DNA from: Mobula hypostoma
Taxonomy: Eukaryota
Assembly: GCF_963921235.1 (NCBI RefSeq)
Contig: NC_086107.1
Coordinates: 102,488,001 to 102,552,000, forward strand
Direction of reading: 5' to 3'
DNA: 64,000 nucleotides
Positions 37,359 to 48,512 of the stretch are shown piece by piece (positions within the stretch are counted from its first letter, which is position 1; each line of letters starts with the position of its first letter). The notes beneath the pieces were generated by a model. That model saw nothing but the letters and a program-made list of their open reading frames with translations. It made no database searches and was not told where the DNA came from. The position numbers and the translations under genes are program-made.

Positions 37359-40300
37359 TTATATGTTTCTGTAAGATCTCCTCTCATTCTTCTAACTGGT
37401 CACTGTAAACAGTTGTGTGATTAGGCTAGAATTAAGTCGGAGGATTGCTGGGCCGAGTGGCTGGAAGGGCATATTCTGTGCTGTATTCCAATAAAAATTA
37501 AATTAAATTCACACCAACAGCAGTGGAGGTCAGGACTGAACCCAAGTCATTAGAACTGTATGGCTGCTGTGGACATTGCCAACACTTACTTGTCATCTCT
37601 GCTGTCCCCTGAACTGAGAGAGACCCCAGTGGCTGAGCGAGAGTGACATCTATGTCAAGGCAGCCCAGGCATGACCCCTGAGCCGGCCTCAGTTTGGCTG
37701 CCGTGGTCTGAGCAGTGAGTTGTCAGGATTGGCCTCAGAGACGCTGCGTCAGGTGAGAGGGTGACTGGTCAGCTGGAAGACGCAGAGGTCAGTCAAAGCA
37801 CGACAGCCCTCCCCCCCCACTCATCCAAATGGAATCGCCACCCCTCCAGGAATCAGTGACCGTGCTCTAAAGACCATAAGACAAAGGAGCAGAAGTCAGC
37901 CATTCGGCCCATTGAGTCTGCTCCGCCATTTTATCATGAGCTGATCCATTCTCCCATTTAGTCCCACTCCCCCTGGCTTCTCACCATAACCTTTGATGCC
38001 CTGGCTACTCAGATACCTATCAATCTCTGCCTTAAATACACCCAATGACTTGGCCTCCACTGCCGCCCATGGCGACAAGTTCCATAGATTCACCACCCTC
38101 TGGCTAAAAAAATTTCTTTGCATCTCTGTTCTGAATGGGCGCCCTTCAATCCTTAAGTCATGCCCTCTCGTACTAGACTCCCCCATCATGGGAAACAACT
38201 TTGCCACATCCACTCTGTCCATGCCTTTCAACATTCGAAATGTTTCTATGAGGTCTCCCCTCATTCTTCTAAACTCCAAGGAATACAGTCCAGGAGCGGA
38301 CAAATGTTCCTCATATGTTAACCCTCTCATTCCTGGAATCATTCTAGTGATTCTTCTCTGTACCCTCTCCAACGTCAGCACATCCTTTCTTAAATAAGGA
38401 AACCAAAACTGCCAACAGTACTCCAAGTGAGGCCTCACCAGCACCTTATAGAGACATGAAGGGGTAAAAGTGTAGTAGTGGACCGCACAAGATATTGGTG
38501 GGACCACACGGGGTATTGTGGGCAAGTCTGGTCACCTAACTACTGTATTGGAAGCTAAGGTTCACAAGGATGTTACCAGGACTGCAGGCACTGAGTTTTA
38601 AGAAGAGATTGGATAGGCTGGGGCTTTTTGTTCCCCTGAAGCGTAGGAGGCTGAGGGGTGACCTCAGAGGGGCATAAATAAGGTGGCGGGGTGGGTCAGT
38701 TTCTATCCCAGGGTAGAGAAGGGTAAAGCTAGGGCAGGAGGAGAGAAACATAAAGGGGAACTGAGGGATGATGTAATCACATGGAGGGTGGCGGGTATGT
38801 GGAGCGAGCTGCCAGAGGAAGTGGTAAAAGTGGATACGATTACAACACCTAAAAGACAGTTGGACAGGTATATGGATAGGAAAAGTTTAAGATTCAAATT
38901 ACATTTATTATCGAAGAATGTATAAATTATACAACCTTGAGATTTGTCTGCTTACAGGTAGCCTCAAAGCAAGAAACCCAAAAGAACCCAATTAAACAAA
39001 AAAAATAAAAAGACCAATACCCGATGCAGAAGAGAAAGAAAAAAAACACAAACCATGCAAACAATTGAAGTGAACAACAACATTCCAAACCAAAAATGAG
39101 TCCTCAGATCTGAAACCCCAGAGTAGGCCCAAAGCCTCGCTTATCAGTTCATCATACTGGGGAACACGGAGCACAGCAGCCGGGGCAGTCTTCATAGCCT
39201 CAGCGCTATGGAGAGAAGAGTGATCATCGTGGAGAGTGAGCAAAATTGGCTCACGTCTCAGATCCCGCCACCCCGTCTTTTCAGTCTATCTGGGCCGGCG
39301 TTTAAATTGACCAAACGTCGGAACAGCGAAAGGCTCCGGTGCCCTGGAGAGAGGAGTGAACATCGCGGAGAGCAGGCGAAATTGGATCTCACCTCCAATC
39401 TGGGCCGGAAAGGTTCTGGGTCTGGGGAAAGCTTAGAGAGAAGTGGACCAAACACAAGCAAATGGGACTGCCGCGGAAAGTCTGGTCTGCGTAGATGAGT
39501 TGGGGTGAAGGACCTGTTCCCATGACTCGATGACAAAAATAAGCACATTTGTTCAATTCTTTTTTTAACCACTGGTTAAAATACATTGGGCTGGGAGGGA
39601 AAGGTCAAACAGTCAATGACAAAACTTTTCCATTTTCCAACTGGAGTGGAAAAGTCAGGCCTTCTAAGTAAGTCGGACAAGGAAGAGTAGAAATACTGGA
39701 ACAGGGTGACTGGTGGGGCTCACATTGTAATTCCCTCTGGAATATGGCCAGTTGCCAATATCCCTGCCAGTGAGATTGGTTGTATGGTGCCTGGGCTAAA
39801 TGGTATTTCAGAGGGGAAACAGGTCTCACAGCAAAGTGATGGCACTTCTGAAAGAGGCATCAGAAAGCAACAGGAAAGGGGTAGATCCCTGTGCCCTGTA
39901 CTGGGTGCTCGCTCGCTCTCCGGACAACGTACTGCTCTGCTTTCTGGGTCTCCCGGTGCACTCAACAGTAACAAGACCTGCCCTGGTGTTCAAGTCCCTC
40001 CCCTTCCACAGCCTTAGACAATGGCAGGAAGCTCTCCACTTCCCGACCTCAGACTGGATAGGAGGCTTGCTGCACAGTTCGCCAGACCATTCGCTTGTGG
40101 CAGGAGCTGCACAGTTCGCCAGACCATCCGCTCGTGGCAGGAGCTAACCGCTGTGACAGGCAGCACCCAGGGCGGGCGGACCATCCGACCTGCCAACTGG
40201 CAGCGCCCACCGGCGGTCTAATCGCTCTGCAGGTCGAACCCAGCGGTGGAATTGACCCTCTTCCTCGCAGGTGAGTGAGAACTGGTTTGGCTTACCGTCA

Positions 40301-40695
40301 CTTTCCATGTGCGGTTTGCGTCTTGGCGTAGTGGAGCGGGCACGAGAGACCCGGTGAGAGCCACCAGTCACGGGTTCAATTCCTGCCTCTGATTCTGTCC
40401 GTGTGAAGTTTGTAGCCTCTCCCTGTGACTTTGTCTGTTTCCCCCTGGAGCTCCCATTACAGCCCCCCCCCCCACCCACCATCCCAAAGGGCTGTTAGGT
40501 TAATTGACTGCTGTAAATTGTCCCTCTTCCAGATGGCTTGAAGGCAATGTGGGGAGATTAAATGGTGAGGGTAATAAATTACTTAAGGATCTGTTTCCAT
40601 GCCCTCTTACTCTAAAAGGAGAAGCTGCGGTGTTGGCAGGCTGGGAGCACGGCAGGAGCTTAACTCAGAAATGTTTCCTGCTCCTCCTTCCAGCG

Positions 40696-40770
40696 GCTGC
40701 AGCTCGGTGGGTAGAACTGATGGCTCTGAACCAGGAGGGCGTGGGTTCAAGTCTCACCCCAGAAACCCAA
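40696..40770 (+). mobile_element. tRNA-like SINE head (not a functional tRNA)
   Basis: GCAGCTCGGTGGGTAGA (A box-like) and GGGTTCAAGTCT (B box-like); no paired acceptor stem. Confidence 0.5.
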
Positions 40771-41164
40771 GTTCTGCTGAGTTCCCGTCGAAGAGCTGAT
40801 TTAACCTCCTTCAGGGCAGGCATCCCTTGTTCGCCGTGGAACAATAAATCATTAACACAAGGAAGCCTGCAGATGCTGGAAATCCAGAGCAGCACACGCA
40901 AAACTCAGCAGGTCAAAATTTCAGCAGAGAGGTCACCGTGCACGAATTAGCTGCCAATAACTCAAAAGTAATGCATCCTGAGATAAGCTGATGTCCAATT
41001 AATTCCTAGATTCCAGCCAACTCACAACTAAAACTAGGGGACATAGCCTCAGGATTCGGGGAGGAAGGGGGTAAATTTAGGACAGAGATGAGAAGAAACT
41101 GTGAATCTGTGGAATTCTCTGCCCAGTGAAGCAGTAGAGGCTACCTCAGTAGATATATATTTTT

Positions 41165-41830
41165 TTTAGATTATGAGAACACTCGGTCCTCTTTTATTGT
41201 CATTTAGAAATGCATACATGCATTAAGAAATGATACAATGTTTCTCCAGAGTGATATCACAGAAAACAGGACAAACCAAAGACTAACACTGACGGAACCA
41301 CATAATTATAACATATAGTTACAGCAGTGCAAAGCAGTACCATAATTTGATGAAGAACAGACCATGGGCACAGTAAAAAAAGTCTCAAAGTCCCGAGTTG
41401 ATCAACTCCCGAGTCCCCGATAGCAGGCGGCAAAAGGGAGAAACTCCCTGCCATAAACCTCCAGGCACCGTCAACTTGCCGATACCTTGGAAACAACTGA
41501 CCACAGCCGACACCGAGTCCATCCATCTGAAAACTTCGAGCTTCCGACCAGCTCCTCCGATACAGCCTCCCAAGCACCACCGACCTCTCCCCGGCCGCTG
41601 AAACACGCAAAGCCGAAGATTTCGGGGTCTTCAGCTCCGGAGATTCTGGTTACCACACAGTAGCAGCGGCAGCAAAGCGGGCATTTCAGAAGTTTTCCAG
41701 ATGTTCCTCCATGCTCTCACGTCTGACTCCATCAAATCAGAATTGTGCACGGTCCCCTACTTGACAGATAACAGATATCATCACCGAAGTGGCCGCGTGC
41801 GCTGCCATCGTGCTGCCATCTTCTCCCCCC
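41165..41830 (-). mobile_element. Non-autonomous retroelement starting AAGATGGC with a Rex1-like tail; similar elements at about 38890-39495(-), 42270-42840(+), 44417-45222(-)
   Basis: Minus-strand start GAGAAGATGGCAGC and 3' TGACAATAAA tail; splits a CR1 fragment. Confidence 0.5.
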
Positions 41831-43992
41831 TCCCAGGAGGTTTAAGACAAGGTTGGATAGATTTGTGTATATTAGGGGAATTCGGGGTTATGGGGAAAAG
41901 CCAGATAGGTGGAGATGAGTCCATGGTCAGTTCAGCCATGATCTTATTGAATGGCAGAGCAGGCGCCAACGGGCCAGATGACCGACTCCTGCTCCTACTT
42001 CTTATGTTCTTATGAGTGGGTTGCATGATCCTTCAACATGGCAGCCATCTGCCCAGTTAACTCTTCAATCCCCAAACTGTGAACGTCTCCTCTGAGCTTG
42101 GTCCAGAACCCTGGTTTCAGCTTGTGGATAGCCATCTAGAGCTGCGAGTTCATTCTGCTGTAAAACCCATCACCAGTCGTACTTCTGTCCCTCTCCTTAC
42201 CAGGCACTAATCAGGTGTGTTATTGGTCAGTTCGATTGCTTCCTGCTCACCTGATTGGCTCCTTCAGTCCATATTGATGCAGCAGAGTCCAGTTTCTAGT
42301 ACGAGGGACGAACTGATGCTTGAATGATTTAAACGCCAGACCAGATGGATTGAAAAGGCTGGCTGTCGGGACCGGGGGCAAGGGTCGGGCCGATTCTGCT
42401 TGCTGCCCCTCAGTGTTTGCTCTGCTCTCTGCAGTGCTGAGGCTGTGGGCCTGCTCTGGCTTTGTGTCTGTGAGCTCCATGAAGGTTTGCTTCACTGTGT
42501 GATGAACTGAGGCTGAGGCTGTGGGCCTGCACTGGCTGCACTGGGCTTTACGTCTGCAAGCTCTGTGAAGGTTTGAACTGGGGCCGAGGCTGTAGGCCTG
42601 CTCCAGGCTCTGTCTCTATGGACTCACTTTCATGTAGAATGCTGTGGCTTGCTTTTATTGTTTGCACGATTTGTGTTTTTCCCCTCCTCTCTTGTTGCAC
42701 ATTGGGTGTTTGTTAGTCTTTCTTTAATGGGTTCTTTTGGGTTTCTTGTTTTGTGGCTGCCTGTAAGGAGACAAATCTCAAGGTTGTATGGTTGTATAAT
42801 TTATACGTACTTTGATATTAAATGTACTTTGAACTTTGAAACCCTCAGGAGTCGAGGCAGAATACAATGGGTTGACACTACTTTATTTATCATGGAGATG
42901 GCACCCTCAGCTCACCAAGTCTGCCCACACAGCAGCCTCACTTCCCACTCATTTTTTCCTGTAGTTGAGTGTCTGAGAAACACACACAGCAGGGAAACAG
43001 GCCCTTCAGCCCATCGAGTCCGTGCTGCCTATCAACCACCCATTGAGCCCATTTTTATTTTGCCCGCATTCTCAGCAGATCTAGCCTACCCCCACACCCC
43101 AGATTCTACCACTCACCTCCAGGAGTTTGTAGGGGGAGCTTGCAGTGGCCAATCAACCCTCCAGCTGGCCTACCTTTGGGAGGACCATCTGGAGGAGATG
43201 CTGCCTGATCTTCTGAGTCAGGATCTTTTTCTGTTTATCTTCCAAGTTTGGAATGGGCAGTGGGTGGAAGGAAGCTTGAGTGTAGAGTTAAAGATGTTAT
43301 TCTGTGGCTGAGGAGGAGATATTGTCTTGTGGCAGATTTAGACCATAACACCATAAGACATAGGAGCAGAAATAGGCCCTTTGGCCTATCAAGTCTGCCC
43401 CACCTTTTGATCATGGCTGATTTATTTTCCTTCTTAACCCCACTATCCTGCCTTCTGACCCAAACCTTTGATGCCTGTTATGTTTTGTAACTTTAAAACA
43501 TTAAACTAATTCGAAGAAAAGCACAGGAGTTCGAAATCCAGGTCTAACTTTGACTTTTACTTTAACCAAGGCGTGCATGTATCATGTGGTAATATGATGA
43601 CATATGCAATTACCATATTATCAAATGTAACCCAGAATTAATTTAAATGAACAAGAATGCTTAATCAAACAATATATATACAAGAGTATTTAATATTATT
43701 GAAATATTAAATACGTGGAGAATGCATCTCAGCTATATACACAGTATTTAATGCAACTACTATATACAAACATTCACAGCATAGTAAATTTTAAGTTCTC
43801 CCTTTTAGGCTGAAAGATTTCATCACTGTGAAGGTTTTCTTACTCTTGTGGGATAGTGTCCTTCCTGACAAAGGGGGATCCCCTCTGCTTGGCAGGTGAG
43901 ACTTGTGGCTGTGAAATAATCTCCGTGGTGGTTGTAGGAGTTGACTCAAAGACAGTAGGAAGTTGTTCTGACAGCTCTGGACACCTTTCTGC

Positions 43993-44416
43993 TCCTTCTT
44001 TCTCTGGATCTACTTTGATCCCTCTCATTTTCTTTCTCATGTTCCTTCTTTCTTTCAAACCAGCCTCTTTCTCATTCACCTCTTTCTCTCCATCTCTCCC
44101 TTCCTTTTTCTCCTTCTAGTTTGTGCACTTAGTTCACTGGAGTATCCTCCTATTAATCCTTCCATTGCTCCCTTTATGATCTGATCTCTCCTCTTAGTCT
44201 ACGCATCCACAACATCATCTGACGATTCCTCTGTTTTCGTATCTCCATTGACTCCTTTCTTTTTGGCCTTCCATTCATGCAGCTGGGTTTTGGTCTTTGC
44301 AGCTACTTTTACAAGCAGCTTTCAGTCTCCCATTTGAAGTTCATGCAATAACCTTAACGCTTCCAGAGTAGATCCTGGTTCTTTATACAAATTCCCAATA
44401 GTAGCAGCTTTCCTGA
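43993..44416 (-). pseudogene. RBM25: Captured RBM25 fragment, part 2 (RRM C-terminal half and start of the RE-rich region)
   Basis: SGKL..YKEPGSTLEALRLLHELQMGD*KLLVKVAAKTKTQLHEWKAKKK..TKRRDQII..YSSEL..KLEGEKG, versus recalled human RBM25 YKEPESTLRALRLLHDLQIGEKKLLVKVDAKTKAQLDEWKAKKK; stops and frameshifts present. Confidence 0.9.
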
Positions 44417-45222
44417 GTCAAAATCAAATCAAATCAAGTTTAATTGTCATTCAGACCATACACGGATACAGTCAAACGAGACAGTATTCCTTTGGGGCCA
44501 AGGTGCATAACAAGCATTCAAAATAGCGAGAGAGAGGAAAAAAAAACACATGAATAGTCCAAGTCCCTGAGCAACGTGCAAATTCGTGGTACAGTTCCTG
44601 GCAATCCAGCCTGTCATTCTATTGGTTGGACACTGGAGGGGAGCACTGACAGCAGAGGCCAGCTCCCAACCGAGCATGGACGCCACACTACACCGCCTCC
44701 TGTATTTTCTCACCTGGACTGCAACAGCAGGTAAGCCCGCAGCTTGAAGACTAGCCCTCACTAGAACCAAGGCCACGCTGCTGCCTCGTCACCTATCACC
44801 ACCGAACAAGGGAAACAGGCCTGCAGCATCTTACGTTATCAATGTCCATCAGGGTCTTGCAATCGCAAGAGAATTCTCCAAGTCAGTCACTGCACACTGC
44901 TTTCGTGCACCAACTCTGATGCCTTTGAGTAGCCGGCAGCAACAAGGTCTGCACCCAGGTCAGGTCCTCCGAACCATCTCCGGCCTGTCCGCCGGCTTCT
45001 CCTTCTCTGTCCCAAGTACCAGCTTCTCCTTCTCCAAACCGAGGGCTGGCTCCTTCGATACTCTGGCCAGCTGCTCTGAGCACCAAACATCTCACTGATG
45101 TGGTGGACCTTCTATACCCATTTTTCTTGGTGTCCACTATAGTCTTAAAAGAATACTTTTTAAAAAGAAAAATGCATCTTTGGTTGCCTCCTGAGAGGCC
45201 TTGCTTTCGAACACATTGCCAT

Positions 45223-45445
45223 CTTACCAGAAGCTTGTTGAACTTTCTTTCCTGCTTAAAACCAAGCCACATCTCACAAGTAACTGCCTGATTAACATAT
45301 CAGAATCTTTCTCAAGTATGTTGCCTACAAAAACTGTTGTAGTCGGACCGCTACTTTCGTCAGTTTCACAATCCCTCTGAGCAGCATGGTCCTTCCTTGG
45401 TTCAATATGCTTTCCAACCAGAGGCTCAGAGATTGACACCAATAC
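45223..45445 (-). pseudogene. RBM25: Captured RBM25 fragment, part 1 (RRM N-terminal half)
   Basis: VGKHIEPRKDH..DESSGPTTTVFVGNILEKDSDMLIRQLLVRCGLVLS, versus recalled human VGKHLGARKDH..DENCGPTTTVFVGNISEKASDMLIRQLLAKCGLVLS. Confidence 0.92.
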
Positions 45446-47596
45446 TTGTTTGTCCTCTGTAGGGCAAAGGTTTATGGTGTTCAGCTTGGAAACAGTTATG
45501 GAGAAATCCAGCACCTTTCTTAATTCACTTTCAATTGGCTTCATTGCAGGAGATATGGCATGCAACTTGTGGATGGATCTCCAATCACTTTGTAGATGTC
45601 TCAACCAATCACATCCCCAAAATGCTGGTCCTTCTGTTTTTACTACATACAAGCTCAATGCGGCTTGTTGGTTGTTGTATTTCACTGCCATGAATGTAAT
45701 TCTCAAAGGGGTTATCTTTTCTCCAGTATAAGTTCTTAGTTGGATCTTTGCAGGCTTCAGTTTAGTAGATTTGAAATGCCATTCAAACTCACTTTCTGGA
45801 ATGACTGAAACAGCTGAACCAGTGCCTAATTTCATTTTTAATTAATTTGCCGCTGTCTTCTGGCATAAGCCATATTGCTTGTCTCTTGCTAATTTTCACA
45901 TTGTAAATCTCAAGGCTACACAGTTCTGTGTCACTCTCATCATTGTCATATTTTTTCAACAGCGTACATATTAGTGCTCTTTTTGAAAATGCACTTAACT
46001 TTTCTCTTCACTGTGCAGGCCATTTATTTTTGTCTGCCAACATGCTCTTTGTATGTGTCCTATTTTGTTGCATTTTCTGCAAGTTTTACCTTTAAATCTG
46101 CATTTGTTTGGTCTATGTGAACCCCTGCCATCACAGTAACACAATTTGCTTGTCCAGGCTGGTTTCCGCTTAGACAATATAATTTGTTCACACTCACTTT
46201 TATTCCTGACGGCAACTCAATTGCATCCCTGTCTGCGGTTTCCATTGAAAGAGCGACTTCCACTGCTTTTTTAAATGTCAGTTGTGCTTCAGTTAGGAGT
46301 TGTTTTTGAAGGCTTTCTTGTAAGATTCCACAAACTAAACAATTTCTCAGTGCATCAAGGCCATTACCAAACTAACAATGTTCAGACAACCTCTTCAATT
46401 TAGTAATGTACATTGAAATGGACTCCCCTTATTTTTGATTCTATTTATGAAACCTAAAGTGTTCTGCAATCAACAATGGCTTCGGTTCTCAGTGTTCCTG
46501 CTTCACTCTTACAATATCAGCAAGGCTCATTTCTGCTGGTTTGGTTGGAGCAGTCAAACTTCGAAGCAAACTGTATGCCTTTAAACCTAATGTATTTAGC
46601 AAAATTGGTGCTCGCTTCTCATTGGCTGTTTCACTTGCTTCAAAATACTGTTCCAATAGTTCAGTATGCATGCGACAGTTATCTGTTGCGTAATCAAACT
46701 TGTCAATCTTTCCGATGTAGCCAGTCAATTCTGATTTTTTAATGATTATTGCCACCTGGTACTCACCCTTTATAAACCTGTAATTAATTACTTAAGTGAA
46801 CAAGAATGCTTAATCAAACTATATATATATACATACACAAGATTACTTTATTACAGTGTATTATTGAAATTTTAGATGCACAACAATGCCCTTGCTAATC
46901 AAGAACTCATCAACCTCTGCTTTAAATATACCCAATAACTTTACCTCCACAGTCGTCTGTGGCAATGAATTCCACAGATTCTCTAACCCTCTGACTAAAG
47001 AAATTCCTCCCCATTTCTGTTCTAAAGGGACATCCTTCTGTTCTGAGACTGTGATCCTAGACTCTCCCACTATAGGAAACATCCTCTCCACGTCCACTCT
47101 GTCTGGGCCTTTAAGTATTCAGTAAGTTTAAATGAGATCCCATTTCATTCTTCTAAACTCCAGCGAACACAGGTCCCAGAGCCATCAAATGCTCCTCGTA
47201 CATTAACCCTTTCATTCCCAGGGTTTACAGGCAGTCTTGCTGTTCTGGGCTTGGTGCCGAAAGGCCAAAGTGGAACATGTTCTCGGTATGGTATGTGCTG
47301 ACCTGTGCTTTTCAGACAAAAAGATGGTACGGTGTTGGAACAATGCTGCCCACAACTTGTTCCCGGACAGTGACTGAAAGACAGGCGCTTGCTGAATCAG
47401 GACAAAAGCAGGAAGCTGATTGTATCGGATACCAGCCGTAAACAACTGGAAATGGCTAACTCCCCGCACTGCCACCTGACCTCGAACTCCCTCAGTACAA
47501 ACTGTACCCTTCAGATAAACGCTGGCATGGCATCTGAAATAACAGCAGAAAATGCTGGCAACATTCCGAAGTTTCAGCCATCATCTATGGACAGAG

Positions 47597-48512
47597 TGAG
47601 GGGGGGAGGGAGAGGGAGAGAGGGGGAGGGAGAGAGGGAGAGGAGGAGAGAGGGGGAGGAGGAGAGGGGGAGAGGGAGAGAGGGAGAGGGAGAGAGGGGG
47701 AGGAGGAGAGGGAGAGGAGGAGAGGGGGAGGAGGAGAGGGGGAGGAGGAGAGGGGGAGGAGGAGAGGGGGAGGAGGAGAGGGGGAGGAGGAGAGGGGGAG
47801 GAGGAGAGGGGGAGAGGAGGAGAGGGGAGGGAGAGAGGGAGAGGAGGAGAGAGGGGGAGGAGGAGAGGGGGAGGAGGAGAGGGGGAGGAGGAGAGGGGGA
47901 GAGGAGGAGAGGGAGAGAGGAGGAGAGGGGAGGGAGAGAGGGAGAGGGAAAGAGGGGGAGAGGGAAGAGGGGAGAGGGGAGAGGGGAGGGGGAGGGGAGG
48001 GGGAGGGGAGGGGGAGGGAGAGGAGGAGAGGAGGAGAGAGGGGGAGGAGGAGAGGGGGGAGGGGGAGAGGGGGAAGGGGAGAGGGGGAAGGGGAGAGGGG
48101 GAAGGGGAGAGGGGGAAGGGGAGAGGGGGAAGGGGAGAGGGGGAAGGGGAGGGGGAGAGGGGGAAGGGGAGAGGGGGAAGGGGAGAGGGGGAAGGGGAGG
48201 GGGAGAGGGGGAAGGGGAGAGGGGGAGGGGAGGAGGAGAGGGGGAGGGGAAGAGGGAGTGGGGAGAGGGGGAGAGAGGAGGAGGAGAGAGAGGGGTGGAG
48301 AGAGAGGAGAGAAAGGGGTGGAGAGAGGAGAGGAGAGTGGGAGAGATTGTGGGAGAGGGGGAGAAAGAGTGTGGGAGGGAGAGAAGGAGGAGAGAGAGGG
48401 GTGGAGAGAGAGGAGAGAGGGTGTGGGAGAGAGAGAGGAGATAAAGGAGAAAGAATGTGGGAGAGAGATGGGTGAGAGGAGAGAGTGGGAGAGAGAGAGA
48501 AGAAAGAGAGGA
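47597..48512 (+). repeat. G/A-rich low-complexity polypurine tract
   Basis: About 920 bp of nearly pure G and A, with internal GGAGGAGAGGG and GGGGAAGGGGAGAG periodicities. Confidence 0.95.

Larger units (their letters stand above)
43476..46885 (-). mobile_element. Defective Gypsy-type LTR retrotransposon carrying a captured RBM25 fragment
   Basis: TGTT...AACA termini; 5-bp TSD ATGCC (43471-43475 / 46886-46890) within a CR1; LTR segment TGAACAAGAATGCTTAATCAAAC at 43648-43670 and 46797-46819. Gag (GYIGKIDKF..EQYFEA..KAYSLLRSLTAPTKP), CCHC knuckles (CRKCNKIGHIQRAC), aspartic protease (LGTGSAVSVI, D to G), pol tail (HYPTRVRKP). Confidence 0.92.

Noticed and set aside
47389..48444. 351-aa G/R/E-rich ORF
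   Set aside because: Translation of the purine tract; it stays open only because stop codons need T.
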